NCBI GenBank assembly: GCA_963920595.1
Contig: OY986949.1
Span: 4,464,001 to 4,528,000, forward strand
Length of the DNA stretch: 64,000 nucleotides
Direction of reading: 5' to 3'
Source: Eimeria praecox
Lineage: Eukaryota
Shown here: positions 46,519 through 60,484 of the stretch, piece by piece
Position numbering within the stretch: position 1 is the stretch's first letter
Layout of the letters: each line of letters begins with the position of its first letter
The notes under the pieces: generated by a model
The model's input: only the letters and a program-made list of their open reading frames with translations
Databases searched by the model: none
What the model was told of the DNA's origin: nothing
Program-made: the position numbers and the translations under genes

Positions 46519-47063
46519 GCAGCAGCAGGAGGGATTTACAAGGGCACCCGTGAAAAATAACTCCGAAAGAAGAAGAAATAATTAAAACACTTTTAAATTA
46601 TTAATTAGATAAATATAAATAACTAAAGTAAGATAATTAACACAAAGAGAAGATGTTTCGATGCTGGCTAGCGCCGACGGCCTTACTGCAATGGCGGCCC
46701 TGCATGCAGCTAGCACAGACGGATGGAGTACTTCTCTTCGGTTAAATTTATTAAAAATTAATTAAAAATAATAAATTAAATTCAAATAATGTTAGATACA
46801 TCGAAAAAAATAAGAAAAACACTTAACTTCTTCGGCGTAGACGATTATGGCTTATCTGCACACTAAGCTCTCAGCAACAGTGTGGGCGGCAGAGTAAAGC
46901 AAATAAAAAATTAAATAAAACATTTATATATTAAATATATAAAGAAAATGAATTATCTACGTGTTCTAATTCGTACAACAACATTAATTATAAGGGCGTT
47001 CAGCCCCTTCAGGTTCTGTATAGACACACGCTTGTCTGTATATCGCAGCTACAACAACAACAG

Positions 47064-47100
<37 letters not shown>

Positions 47101-50100
47101 GAGCAGCAGCAGCAGGAGAGGCCTAGTAAGAGGCAGAGAGAGTCTTTGAACTGAGTCTGTGGGTTTGATTAGCTGCAGCAGAGACACAACAACTTCAGAC
47201 AGATTCTGCTCATAGAAACCAACTCATATCTCCTCTTATCTATCTATAGGGTAGACAGCATACACATCATGAGGGGGAGGCCTCGAGCTGCTAAGGGGAA
47301 GATGTAAGAGAATCTGTTACCTTTACGTCTTCTTTCCTGTGCTACAGATTATCTTGCTTCAACTCCTTCTACAAGCTGTCTGCTGCAAGCCAGCCCCGCA
47401 TGCAAGTGTATATAGCCCCTATGAAGATGCTACTGCTAACCATCAGGCTGCTCAGCAAGGGAGGGGGAAACCCAGTTAAGGGCAGCTTCATCTCTTGCTG
47501 CTGCTTCAATCCTCTTAACAGACAGACGTTGCTGCAGATTGTACTGAAGTAGCAGACAAGACCTCCGAATATAATCTTTGGAGGCTGTTCACAAAGATAG
47601 TCGGAGTTTTTAAAACCTATCGTCAGGTGTATCGTGGATAGATGATCTGTTTCAACAGAGACAGACATGCTGGAGGGTCGGCTATGCATGCGAACGAGGC
47701 TTAGGACTGCTGCTATGGGAGTGAGCTTTACGAGGTACATCAGACTTCTGAGCTTCGATATTTCTAAAGCCATCATCACCGGATGCATGCATTCCTCAGT
47801 CGCTTCCCTCATCACATCTGCGAGGTGTTGTAGGCTCCTCGCTCCTTTACGCATACTGTTCGGGATGTTAAGAGATGCACAGGATCTTCGTTTGCCTTCA
47901 AATCAATCTCAGCACTATCGTTTGGAGGCAGCTTGCTCTCCCTCTAATGAGAGGCCCGTGGCAAGTACAGGATTATCTTCTCGCGGGCAACTAGTCTAGT
48001 GTATGTATAATTCAGGAGGTCTGATATAACTTGATCAGGATATGAGATGAGCCCTCACTTCATTCCAGAAGTTTTACAGATTGTCGAATCCTGCTCGCCT
48101 ATAGCAAAATATAACAGTAGAGCTTGTGCGAGTAAATAGAGGGATGCTCCTCCCCTCCGTAGCTTCATGCCTTAAGCCACTTCGCAGCCATTCTCAAGCA
48201 ATCCGCGCTACAAATCCCAGACTATTACTACGAGCTTGGATAGACACACAGTTCACGCGAGGCTGATATGACGGCAAGGCTGTCACCTTCTCTCTCTGGC
48301 TGGCGCCCGACGCGTGGGGCCATGCACTCTCCCTGGTTGCTTTCCTCGAGAAGTTATTCAAATATTTGCTTCTCCAGCTCTGTAGGCCTTATGATCCTGT
48401 AGCCTCCCCACTCAATGAAGCGAGGCGACAGCCTTTCTCTAGAGAAAAGCGCTGCTATGAACTATTGATATAAACCCTCGGAGCCAGCCATTGAGCTTCT
48501 TTCTGTTCGCCAAGGAATAATATATAAGGATACAGCGCTCTCTCTCCACGTACTCCCTCATTTAAGCTTTCTTAATTTTATTATTACCGGCCTGGAGCTA
48601 CATCTACAGAGCAGCACATCTCGAAAAGCTGGCATTGTCGTATCTCCTCTGCTAAGAAAACAGCTGCCAACAACAGTTGAGACTCTTCGGGCTCATGTTC
48701 AAGAAGACAACAGGGAAGCTAGGAGCTTCTCCACTGCCCCCTCATCGCTGCGCCTTTCGTATTAGGACAGTCAGCAAAGGGGGATATGGATAGCCTGCAT
48801 TATACTATATATTTTTTAATGCGACGAGGCTACAAGACGTCGATGACTTCCGCCATCACAAAGCATATCCTCACAATCTTATCTCCTTTATTCTTGTGGG
48901 AGAAAAACATAAACTTTCCCCTCAAACGTTTGCTAGAATATCAAGAGAATTCTGCCTGTGTTCGTTTATAGGCAAATCACCTTCTTTGTTTAGACTGCCC
49001 CCTTCAGGGTTGGGGCTCTCATCTCTCTCCTGGCTCGATGGGTTATGCTCTGTTATCAAACACAGAGAGAGTCCTTCCTTCATATCTCGCACTGATTCGA
49101 TTTTGTTGGTTTGTAATCAAAAGACACCTGAAAAAAATTGTTAATAACAAATTAACTCCTCTCTCCTCTCTGAAGCTCCACCGCGCAGGGGCTGCAGCCT
49201 CTGCGCGGTGGAGCAGCTGTCCCATCATAAGCAGCCACACCACTTTGCTGCAACTCATGATACACCGCAGCCCCATCAAGGAAGTAATCGTAAACCCTCC
49301 TTTGATGCTTATGTACATATACACTCGAGAGAGTTATTCAGAAGACAGTCTGTGAGGTAGAATAGAAAGAAGTATATCTATCAACTGTAGACAGGATATA
49401 CTACACACTGTGGGGTTGTAGGTGTTTGCAAGGATTGCTTGACTTCACTGAAGAAGGCCCCCTCTATCCCTTCAACTCCAGCAAGAGCTAGCAGCAGCTA
49501 GCTGTGGCTAGCTGTGGCTAGCTGTGGCTAGCACAGCCACGTCACCGTAAGTGGCTCTAGGTAAACATATCAGAGAGGGCGTTCATGTGGCCTCCCCTAT
49601 ATATTCCCTCTCTTTGATTTTCTACTTGTATACGTTTAAATAAAAAAAGACAGACAGCATCTAAACAGGAGTATCTCTCTCCCCTCTGTTTGATGGTGTT
49701 TACTCTTCTGTTCGTTTGTCTGTCCTCCTCACCTGTTGCTGTTCTTCTCCCAGACTAACAGCAGAAGCTGTTGTGGGCTTCCAAATCTGAAAGCCCTCAA
49801 ACCCTAAACCCTAAACCCTAAACCCTAAACCCTAAACCCTAGACATGTCATACCATGAAGCATTAGTGCCAGCCTAATTTGCTGTTTGATGCCCCCGATA
49901 CACCACTCTACAGACGAAGACTCAAGGAATTCATAGCCTGTTCCTTAGAGTCAGTTCTAGGGTTTAGGGTTTAGGGTTTAGGGTTTAGGGTTTAGGGTTT
50001 AGGGGTTTAGGAGCTGAGCGCGATGCTCGTAGAGTCGTCGAAGATGAGTTGATGGTATGATGTAGGGTTTGTTCTTCTTTGTTTGTTTTTGTTTATAAAT

Positions 50101-50583
50101 AATATATTCATAAAATAAATTAAAATATAAACAAAGCAACAGAAGATATACAGGTCTGAGCTGTACACACACACACAGGCTACCCCGGGGCGGCGGAGCG
50201 CCGCAGGCAGCGTAAGGCTGTTTAGGGTTTAGGGTTTAGGGTTTAGGGTTTAGGGTTTAGGGTTTATGAGGGTTTAGAGTGTATACTAGGACTGTCTCAG
50301 TTCTCTTGCATTTATGCTTCTTCATACAAGAAGCTGTATATACACTATATTAGGGCTTTTCTCTGCCTACACAGCCTACTAACCCCCCACGCCAACGCTT
50401 GAGGGTTTAGGGTTTAGGGTTTAGGGTTTAGGGTTTAGGGTTTAGGGTTTGAACAGGTACACAGACACCCCACGATTTTGTGTTTTCCTTTCTATACTTC
50501 TATCTTAACTTCTATCTATTGCTCATCTATCTATCAGACCGGCTATTAGAAGCAGCATAACACCAGCAGCAGCAGCAGCATAA

Positions 50584-50633
<50 letters not shown>

Positions 50634-50727
50634 GCAGCAACAAGAGCCTCTTGGGTGTTGTGTATGTTGCTGCTGTGTATGCAGCTTTCACTTGCAGCAT
50701 CATTGAGTAAGTACTCACCAAGGGAAA

Positions 50728-50795
<68 letters not shown>

Positions 50796-50803
50796 GCAGC
50801 AAG

Positions 50804-51004
50804 ATGGAGCCAATAAGGGCGATGGTGCGGCCTGTTGCCGCTAGTGCCTTCGAAGAATTTAAAGATGTTGTATTACCTCTCGACGTACATGTCATAGAAC
50901 ATGATGAGGCCTCGTGAGACTGATGCTGCTGCTGCTGCTGCTGTTGCTGCTGTTGCTGCTGCTGTTGCTGCTGCTGTTGCTGCTGCTGTTGCTGTTGCTG
51001 CTGC

Positions 51005-51036
<32 letters not shown>

Positions 51037-51062
51037 TTGCTGTTGCTGCTGCTGCTGGTGCT

Positions 51063-51093
<31 letters not shown>

Positions 51094-51402
51094 TTGTTGC
51101 TGCTGTTGTTGCTGCTGTTGTCAAAGCTGCTACTGGTGCAGCTGTCGTTGGTGCTGCAGTTCCTTCTGCTGCTGCTGCTGCAGCAGCAGCTGCTGCTGCT
51201 TTTGCTGTTTCTGCTAGCGGCCTCTTGGTTATAACTTGAGAGAGGAGTGTATGTATTTGCTAGGGTTTAGGGTTTAGGGTTTAGGGTTTGTTGTGTGTTT
51301 GATATGTTAGAGAGACAGTGTATGTTTCTCTACCTACGGAAGCAGCGTTTGCTGCTCTCGCTAGTCTGCCAGGCTACAACGTCGTTCGTGTTGCTGCAGC
51401 AG

Positions 51403-51448
<46 letters not shown>

Positions 51449-51780
51449 GCAGCAGCACGCTGCTGCAGACGGTGCTGCTGAGAGCGGCGTTAAAGCAACA
51501 AACACCACAACAGAGACGAAGGTAGATGCTGCTGTTGCTGCTGCTGTTGCTGCTGCTGCTGTTGCTGCTGCTGTTGCTGCTGCTGCTGTTGCTGCTGCTG
51601 CTGTTGCTGCTGCTGTTGCTGCTGCTGCTGTTGCTGCTGCTGTTGCTGCAGTCTGAGGGAGCTAGCAGGCGCAAACCCTAAACCCTAAACCCTAAACCCT
51701 AAATATGTTGTTTGTTATTTATATTTTCAGAGGAGGGTTCTGCCTTCGAATGATGTCTTCTACCTCATTACAGATATTAA
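50804..51780 (+). CDS. Hypothetical spliced gene, 5' exons (3' end not resolved)
   Basis: Candidate exons 50804-50884 (MEPIRAMVRP…VVLPLD), 51315-51521 and 51731-51780 (RRVLPSNDVFYLITDI) with GT donors and consistent phases. Confidence 0.35.
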
Positions 51781-52832
51781 GTAAACCCCAAACCCTAAAC
51801 CCTAAACCCTAAACCCTAGTCCTAAGCCCTGCCCCTATACTAAACCTAACAGCAACTAGCCTTAACCCTAAACCCTAACCCTAAACCCTAATCTTAAGCC
51901 CTAAACCCTAATCTTAAACCCTAAACCCTAACCCTAAACCCTAAACCCTAATCTTAAACCCTAAACCCTACCCCTAAACCCTCCCTTCGTATCCTGAGGC
52001 CCCATGGGTGTTGCTTCGGTTTAAGAAGCATAAACCCTAAACCCTAAACCCTAAACCCTAAGCCCTAATCGTGAAGGGCTTTCTATATACTGTTCTGCGT
52101 GTTGTGTGCTGACGACTCTCATACATGTGCTGCTTGTGCTGCTGCTGCGTTTGCTGCTGCTGCTGCTGCTGCTGTTGCTGCTGGTGCTGCGTTTGCTGCT
52201 GCTGCTGCAGTATGGTGGTGCCAAGCGTGTGTCTGCTGCTGCTGCTGTATATCTTCGGTTCTGTCTGTCTGTGTATATGGTCCCCTCCCCTCATTACTGC
52301 TGCTGTCCCTCTTGGGGCTTTGCTGCTGCTGCATGCAACCAGCAAGAAGGAAGCAGAGTCGAAGCAGCATACAGAATAACCACAATACACTGCAGCAGCA
52401 GCAGCAGCAGCAGGTGCAGCAGCAGGTGCTGCTGCTGCTGCTGCTGCTCATACATAGAACGTATTTGTGCTCCCAACCTCTAAGGGCTAAGCTGCTGCTG
52501 CAGCAGCTGCAGCAGCAGCAGCTGCAGCAGCAGCAGCAGCAAAATCCCACGGGGTCAAATTATACGCAACGCGAATTTTGCTTTAAGTTTTCCGTCTTCA
52601 TATTTCAAGCAGCAGCAGCAACTGCAGCAGCAGCAGCAGCTGCCGCTGCAGCAGCAACTGCAGCAGCAACTGCAGCAGCAACTGCAGCAGCAACTGCAGC
52701 AGCAACTGCAGCAGCAGGTGCTGCTGCTGCTGCTGCAGCTGCTGCTGCTGAGGGCACAGATTCAGGTGTTGCTGATGCGGTTGCTATATAGCGTATGCTG
52801 CTGCTGCTGCTGCTGCTGTTGTTGTGGGGCTG

Positions 52833-53247
52833 TTAGTGCTGCTGCTGCAGCAGCAGCTGACGCACTGCCTGTAGCTGCTGTACTATAGAAGCAGGGGGGT
52901 TACCTGCTGCTGCTGCTGCTGCAGCAAGCGCAGCTTCTGCTGCTGCATTTGTTGTTGCTGCTGCTGCTGCTGCAGCAGGCCAACCTCGAATAGCAGCACC
53001 CCCGGGGGCATGCGACGCAGCACCATGTCCTAGGGCTGCTGCTGCACTGCTGTTTGCTGCTGCTGCTGCTGCTGCTGCTCCTTTGGTGCTGCAGATACCG
53101 TATGCAGCAGCAACAGCAGCAGCAGCAGCAGGTGAGAGCAGCTGCTGCGGCGTCGCAGCACCCGAAGACAGCAGCAACTGACGGGGAGGGACGAAGCGCA
53201 GCAGCCGATGCAGGTTCTTAAGGATCTCGCTGTTGCTGCTGTCGTCG

Positions 53248-53314
<67 letters not shown>

Positions 53315-53875
53315 ATCTCCGCTGCTGCTGCTGCAGCAGCAAATCTGAGAGACAGACCTCAAAGAATATACCTCTCCTAGCTGCCTGCAGCACATGACGT
53401 CTGCGGATAGTGAAGGGTAAGCCTCCTGCTGCTGCACCTGCTGCTGCACCTGCTGCTGCTGCTGCTGCTGCTGCAGCAGCAGCAGCAGCAAAGTCTATAG
53501 CAATAATATCACACTCGCAGCTGCTGCATGCAAACTGCCACGTCTCTTCGTTGGTTGGCTGTACAGCGAGAAGCTCGATGCATGCGCCTCGACGTTCTGC
53601 TGCTGCTGCTGCTGCTGCTGGTGTGCCTGCTGCTGCTGCAGCAGCAGCAGCAGCAGCAGCGTAGAAGGGAGGGTTTCTAGGGAAGAGAGTGCTGAAGCTA
53701 GCAGCAGCAGATGTACACTCGAGCACAACTGTTACGCGCCGCAGCTGCAAGATCTCACAAGCTGCTGCTGCTGCTGCTGCTGCTGATTGCTGCTGCACTG
53801 CTGCTGTTGCTGCTGCAGCATACGGAAACACATCTACCCACTGTTTGCTGCTTAGGGGGCCACAGCCCCGCCCCA

Positions 53876-53912
<37 letters not shown>

Positions 53913-53979
53913 AGTGGTGTGGGAGTACAGGGCAGGCACAGTGTCTGGCAGCCACTGCAGCAGCTGCTGCTGCGGCTCT

Positions 53980-54013
<34 letters not shown>

Positions 54014-54116
54014 CATCTGCTGCTGCTGCTGCTGCTGGTAGGGTTGGAGGCGATACGGGCACAGGGAGATGCAGGGGATGCTGGAACGGCAGCCCCTGCT
54101 TCACAGCTTTTGCTAG

Positions 54117-54172
<56 letters not shown>

Positions 54173-54332
54173 GCTGCAGCAGCAGGTGCTGCTGCTGCTG
54201 CTGCTGGCGTGGAGGCGGCAGGTGTATATACACATTAGCAGCAACAGCAGCAAAACCAAGAGCAGCAGCACGAGATACGAGGGTCTTAAACTGCTCTGCC
54301 CCCTCCCATTCAAGCTTTAAATCGAAGGCCAT
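52833..54332 (-). CDS. RPP30: RNase P/MRP subunit p30 (PHP-like barrel)
   Basis: Single-exon 499 aa. After removing A/Q tracts: FDL…AAALGFAAVAAN, LRRVTVVLE, ELLAVQPTNEETWQFAC…DIIAIDF, LPFTIRR…AARRGIFFEVC, LLLSSGA…LLSP. Confidence 0.9.
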
Positions 54333-55102
54333 ATCCCTAAACCCTAAACCCTAAACCCTAAACCCTAAACCCCAAACCCTAAACCCTAAACCCTAAACCC
54401 TAAACCCTAAATTAACGGATACAAAGACTATGAAACGCATTCTGTTCAAGAAACAACCACTACTTGAAGGGAAGGAGCTTACAAAACCCTAAACCCTAAA
54501 CCCTAAACCCTAAACCCTAAACCCTAAACCCTAGACCCTAAACCCTAGATCCTCGCTCCCTCTAGTTTTTTTTTTCTTGATTCTAACTGACAACAAATTA
54601 CAGTCTTAAGAAACCCTAAACCCTAAACCCTAAACCCTAAACCCTAAACCCTAAACCCTAAACCTCGAGTGGTTTGATATGTGGGGCCCTCGGGCTACCT
54701 TCATCGCATGCGCTCCCAGGTCACCTGTGGCTTCGACCCTAAACCCTAAACCCTAAACCCTAAACCCTAAACCCTAAACCCTAATGTAGGTTTCTAGGGT
54801 TGGAGTTCTGTAGGGAAGGATAATAATTTGAAGAGCGTATCGGGGCCCCACAGCTATCAGCCCCTGCAAACCCTAAACCCTAAACCCTAAACCCTAAACC
54901 CTAAACACTTCTGATCTAAACAAAAACACCGAAATAAACCTTCTTCTTTCTTCTCGGCCTAAACCCTAAACCCTAAACCCTAAACCCTAGGGTTGTGTTA
55001 TCTTGGTGAGGCAGGGCTAGCCTGTGCCTGTGTCTCTCTGTCCCCTTGTGAATCGACGCATGTTGTTAGGGTTTAAGGTTTAGGGTTTAGGGTTTAGCTG
55101 AG

Positions 55103-55174
55103 ATGGGGGCCTCCACAGGGAGGGGCTCTGCCCCATCGTCAGCGGGGGGACTGAAGAAACTCAAGAAACGTAAA

Positions 55175-55206
<32 letters not shown>

Positions 55207-55207
55207 A

Positions 55208-55239
<32 letters not shown>

Positions 55240-55359
55240 GAAGCAGAAGCAGAAGCAGAAGCAAAAGCAGCAGCAGCGTCAGCCATCAACAGCAGCAGCA
55301 GCAGCAGCAACTAGCTGCGATGATGGTGTGTCGAGCTGCAGCACATCAACCTCCTCAAA

Positions 55360-55426
<67 letters not shown>

Positions 55427-55598
55427 TCTCCCTCGAACTCCTCCTCCTCCTCATCCCCAGCCGAATCAGATTACGCCTTAGCAGCAACAACAGCAACAAC
55501 AGCAGCACCAACAAAACCAGCAGCACCAGCAACAACACCACCACCAGCAGCAGCAGCAACAACAACACAAGCACCAGCAGCAGCAACACCACCACCAC

Positions 55599-55680
<82 letters not shown>

Positions 55681-56705
55681 AGAAGGAGAAGGAGAGAGTT
55701 TATTTGCTCTTTACAGTTATTCAACTTGGGAATTTCTTCATCTTCGTCTCCGTCGTTCTTTGCTCTTTCATAAATTTATTCACCCCACAAAAATACAATT
55801 AATCGCTATCCCCACTCTCATACACAAACATGATGCCCTTATACAGTGCCCCACAGGTACTAAACCCTAAACCCTAAACCCTAAACCCTAAACCCTAAGC
55901 CCTACTCTTATACACAAACATGATGCTCTTATACAGTGCCCCACAGGTAGTTAACCCTAAACCCTAAACCCTAAACCCTAAACCCTAAACCCTAGACCCT
56001 AAACCCTAGACCCTAATCGTCTTAAACCCTAAACCCTAAGCCCTACTCTTATACACAAACATGATGCTCTTATACAGTGCTCCACTGGTATTAAACCCTA
56101 AACCCTAAACCCTAAACCCTAAACCCTAAGCCCTACTCTTATACACAAACATGATGCTCTTATACAGTGCCCCACAGGTAGTTAACCCTAAACCCTAAAC
56201 CCTAAACCCTAAACCCTAAACCCTAGACCCTAAACCCTAGACCCTAATCGTCTTAAACCCTAAACCCTAAGCCCTACTCTTATACACAAACATGATGCTC
56301 TTATACAGTGCTCCACTGGTATTAAACCCTAAACCCTAAACCCTAAACCCTAATGTGTTGTCTTGTAGCTTATTATACGGAAAGACTATAAACCCTAATT
56401 GTGTGTGTTCTTGTATATATATAAAACTTAGGGTTTAAAACATTGTAGACTCGTAAACCCTAAACCCTAAACGTCTTAAACCCTAAACCCTAAACCCTAA
56501 ACCCTAGGGGCTATGTGTATGGCAATTATTTATATATGATATTTTCTATTACGAATATTTGTTGCTGTCTTGTATTGTATATGAGTATATGTTGTTAGGG
56601 TTTAGGGTTTAGGGTTTAGGGTTTAGGGTTTATTGTTTTTGTTTTAGGTATGGGTAAGACCTTATGTCTAGCTCTTCCTCTGCTGCAGCACGTGCTGCAG
56701 CAATC

Positions 56706-56737
<32 letters not shown>

Positions 56738-58190
56738 TGCAGCGGCAGGACGGCACGAGAGGTCTTGTGCTTCTACCGACGAGGGAGCTAGCGCTACAAG
56801 CAGCAGAGATATTCAGCAAACTGACACAGCTCTTTCCGTGGTTAACTGTATCTGCTATTGTTGGTGGGGTTGCTGCTGCTGCTGCTGCTGCTGCTGATGC
56901 TGCTGCTGCTGATGATGATGATGTTGCTGCTGCTGCTGCTGATGATGATGATGCTGGTGATGATGCTGCTGCTGCTGCTGATGATGATGCTGCTGGTGAT
57001 GATGATGATGCTGCTGCTGGTGATGATGATGATGGTGCTGGTGATGATGATGCTGCTGCTGCTGCTGGTGATGATGATGATGATGATGCTGCTGGTGATG
57101 CTGCTGCTGCTGCTGATGATGATGATGCTGATGCTGCTGCTGTTGCTGCTGCTGATGATGATGGCGCTGGTGATGATGATGCTGCTGCTGGTGATGATGC
57201 TGCTGCTGCTGCTGCTGGTGATGCTGCTGCTGCTGCTGATGATGATGATGCTGCTGCTGCTGCTGGTGATGATGCTGCTGCTGATGTTGCTGCTGCTTAT
57301 GATGGTGTTGATGATGATGGTGTTGCTGTTGCTGCTGCTGCTGCTGCTGTTGCTGCTGCTGTTGCTGCTGTCTTTCTCTGCTCTACGAGCAGACGTAGCT
57401 ATGATGTGTATGGTGCATTATCTAATATATAATGTAGGAGTATGCTGATGTCTGGTTGGTAGCCTTGTAGCCCTCAAGGGTTTAGGGTTTAGGGTTTAGG
57501 GTTTAGGGTTTAGGGTTTAGGGTTTAGGGTTTACGGTTTAGCTTCTAGTGTTTAGTGTTTAATATTTAGGGTTTAATGTTTAGGGTTTAATGCTTAGGGT
57601 TTAGGGTTTAGGGTTTAGGGTTTAGGGTTTAGGGTTTAGGGTTTNNNNNNNNNNNNNNNNNNNNNNNNNNNNNNNNNNNNNNNNNNNNNNNNNNNNNNNN
57701 NNNNNNNNNNNNNNNNNNNNNNNNNNNNNNNNNNNNNNNNNNNNNNNNNNNNNNNNNNNNNNNNNNNNNNNNNNNNNNNNNNNNNNNNNNNNNNNNNNNN
57801 NNNNNNNNNNNNNNNNNNNNNNNNNNNNNNNNNNNNNNNNNNNNGGGTTTAGGGTTTAGGGTTTAGGGTTTAGGGTTTATGGTTTAAGGTGAATAATTGC
57901 TGTTGTTTATAGGAGGAGAGAATCGTAAGAAAGAGAAACGGCGGCTTCGTGAAGGAGTAAGTATATTGTTAGGTACGCCGGGGAGAGTGATAGACCATCT
58001 GTCTTCTACTACTTCTTTTAAATTGCTTCCTCTTGTTTTTATTTTGATTGATGAAGCGGATAGATTATTAGATTTAGGATTTGAGGGGAAGGTTAGATGG
58101 ATATACACTCGATGCATCCAAAAAATTAAAGAAGAAAAAGATATTGAAATGTTTAGATACAAAGCTAGACAAGAATGGAATTTGAAGCAG

Positions 58191-58246
<56 letters not shown>

Positions 58247-58366
58247 AGAGGGGGAGGAGGGAGAAGAGGAAGAAGAAGAAGGTAGACACCAAGGAGAAAA
58301 CGTAGATAGTGATGATGAGCAGCAGCAGCTACAGAAGCTACGTCATCAGGAGCTTCTTCATAACAC

Positions 58367-58438
<72 letters not shown>

Positions 58439-58603
58439 GGAAGTACCCTTTCAAGTTGCTGTTGCTTCTGCTACTCTAACTCCGTCTGTGCGGCGTCTCG
58501 CTAGCTTCTGTCTTCGACGGAATCCAATGTGGGTTTGTCTGTCTCTCGCTGCAACAGCAGAAAATAGAATGAGAGAGGTGCAGCAGCTGCTGCAGCGAAG
58601 ACG

Positions 58604-58637
<34 letters not shown>

Positions 58638-58733
58638 GAGGAAGGGGGGAAGCACCGGGAGTTGGAGCAGCAAGAGCCACTCCCAGATAAACTTAGAGAG
58701 AAAATAATCAAACGTCTTTGCTGCTGCAGCATG

Positions 58734-58764
<31 letters not shown>

Positions 58765-59153
58765 ACAGCAGCAGCAGCAGCAGCAGCAGCAACATAGATG
58801 GTGCGGGCCCCACATTTGATGTGCCTTCCCAGCTGAAACAATATTATTTAATATGCGATCCTAAGCTACGGCTTCTTCCTCTATTATCGTTCCTACTAGC
58901 AGCAGAAGAAAGCAATAAAAAAATAATATTGTTCCTATCTTCCTGCCAACATGTTGAATATATGTATGAGCTGCTGCTGCAGCTTCGATGGCCTTTGCTG
59001 CTGCAGCAGGATCGACATCAAAGACGAAGACAGCAGCAGCGGCAGCAGATCATGAAGAAGCTACAGCTGCAGCAGCACGAGCAGCAGCAGCAACTGCAGC
59101 AACTCGCAGCAAATATAAAACAACATAAAAAATATATACGGAAAGCGCACACA

Positions 59154-59186
<33 letters not shown>

Positions 59187-59487
59187 GCAAGAACAGCAGC
59201 AGCAGCAGCAGAAGAAGAAGATGATGATGGAGATAAACAAGTAATAGATACTGAGGTTGTTGATAATGACATAGGCATTTGGGGCTCATTCGTTTTAAAA
59301 GAATTAGAAATATTCAAATTGCATGGAAGTATGAACAGAGATGATAGGTAAAAACACAAAAAAACAAAACAAGTATACACACAAATAATATTTATAAATA
59401 AATATTAATATATATATATATGTATATATAAATGTATATTAATATAAATAAATAAATAAATATATATATTATATGTATATAAGTATA

Positions 59488-59523
<36 letters not shown>

Positions 59524-60410
59524 CAGAGAGAGAGGCAAAATAGGAGACAGAGAATATATAAATTAATAGATAAACAGACAGAAGGAGAAAGGCAATACGA
59601 GGGTTTAGGGTTTAGGGTTTAGGGTTTAGGGTTTAGGGTTTGTGTGTTACAGAATAGGATGTATGAGCGAATTTACAAAGATAAGCGGAGAGGGGGCTGT
59701 GCTTCTAGCAACAGACGTAGCCGCTAGAGGCCTCAATCTCCCCGAGGTAAACCCTAAACCCTAAACCCTAAACCCTAAACCCTAAACCCTAGGGTTTGTT
59801 AGCTTGTGATTAGGGGAGTTGTTCTATGTCCTGCTGAGGTAGACGTTACTCTTCCAAGGTTTAGGGTTTAAGAGATCGAGGTGTAGCTGCTGTTATTGAT
59901 AATTTAGGGTCTAGGGTTTAGGGTTTAGGGTTTAGGGTTTAGGGTTTAGGGTTTGGGGTGTATATGCAGGTAGACTGGATCATACAATATGAACCCCCGC
60001 AGCAACTAGAGGAGTACATACACCGCATAGGAAGAACAGCGCGTTTAGGGAAGGAGGGGAGGGCTCTGCTATTTCTGTTGGAGTCTGAGAAAGGCAGGCA
60101 TAAACCCTAAACCCTAAACCCTAAACCCTAAACCCTAAACCCTTAGATGTCAGCTGTTAGATATATGTAGCCTGTAGTCTATTTCGTTTCCAGTGCTGCT
60201 GCAGGTTTGAGGTATCAAATTCATGGGGGGTTTAGGGTTTAGGGTTTAGGGTTTAGGGTTTAGGGTTTAGGGTTTAGGGTTTGATGTTTACAGATTATGT
60301 AGAGTATTTAACATGTCGAGGTTTAAAGCTTCAAGAGCTTTCTGCTGCTGGCCTTTGTAGCTCTCTGCTGCAGCGAGCCCCACCCAATTTAGGGTTTAGT
60401 GAGGGGAGAC

Positions 60411-60484
<74 letters not shown>

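Noticed and set aside
54330..56340. CRISPR-like repeat-spacer appearance
   Set aside because: Eukaryotic context, the repeats are variable-length heptamer runs, the spacers are irregular or self-copies, and there are no cas genes.
56864..57432. Long Asp/Ala (GAT/GCT) coding insertion in the helicase
   Set aside because: Splicing 56863^57913 restores the conserved [11 protein letters not shown] motif, so the tract is intronic.
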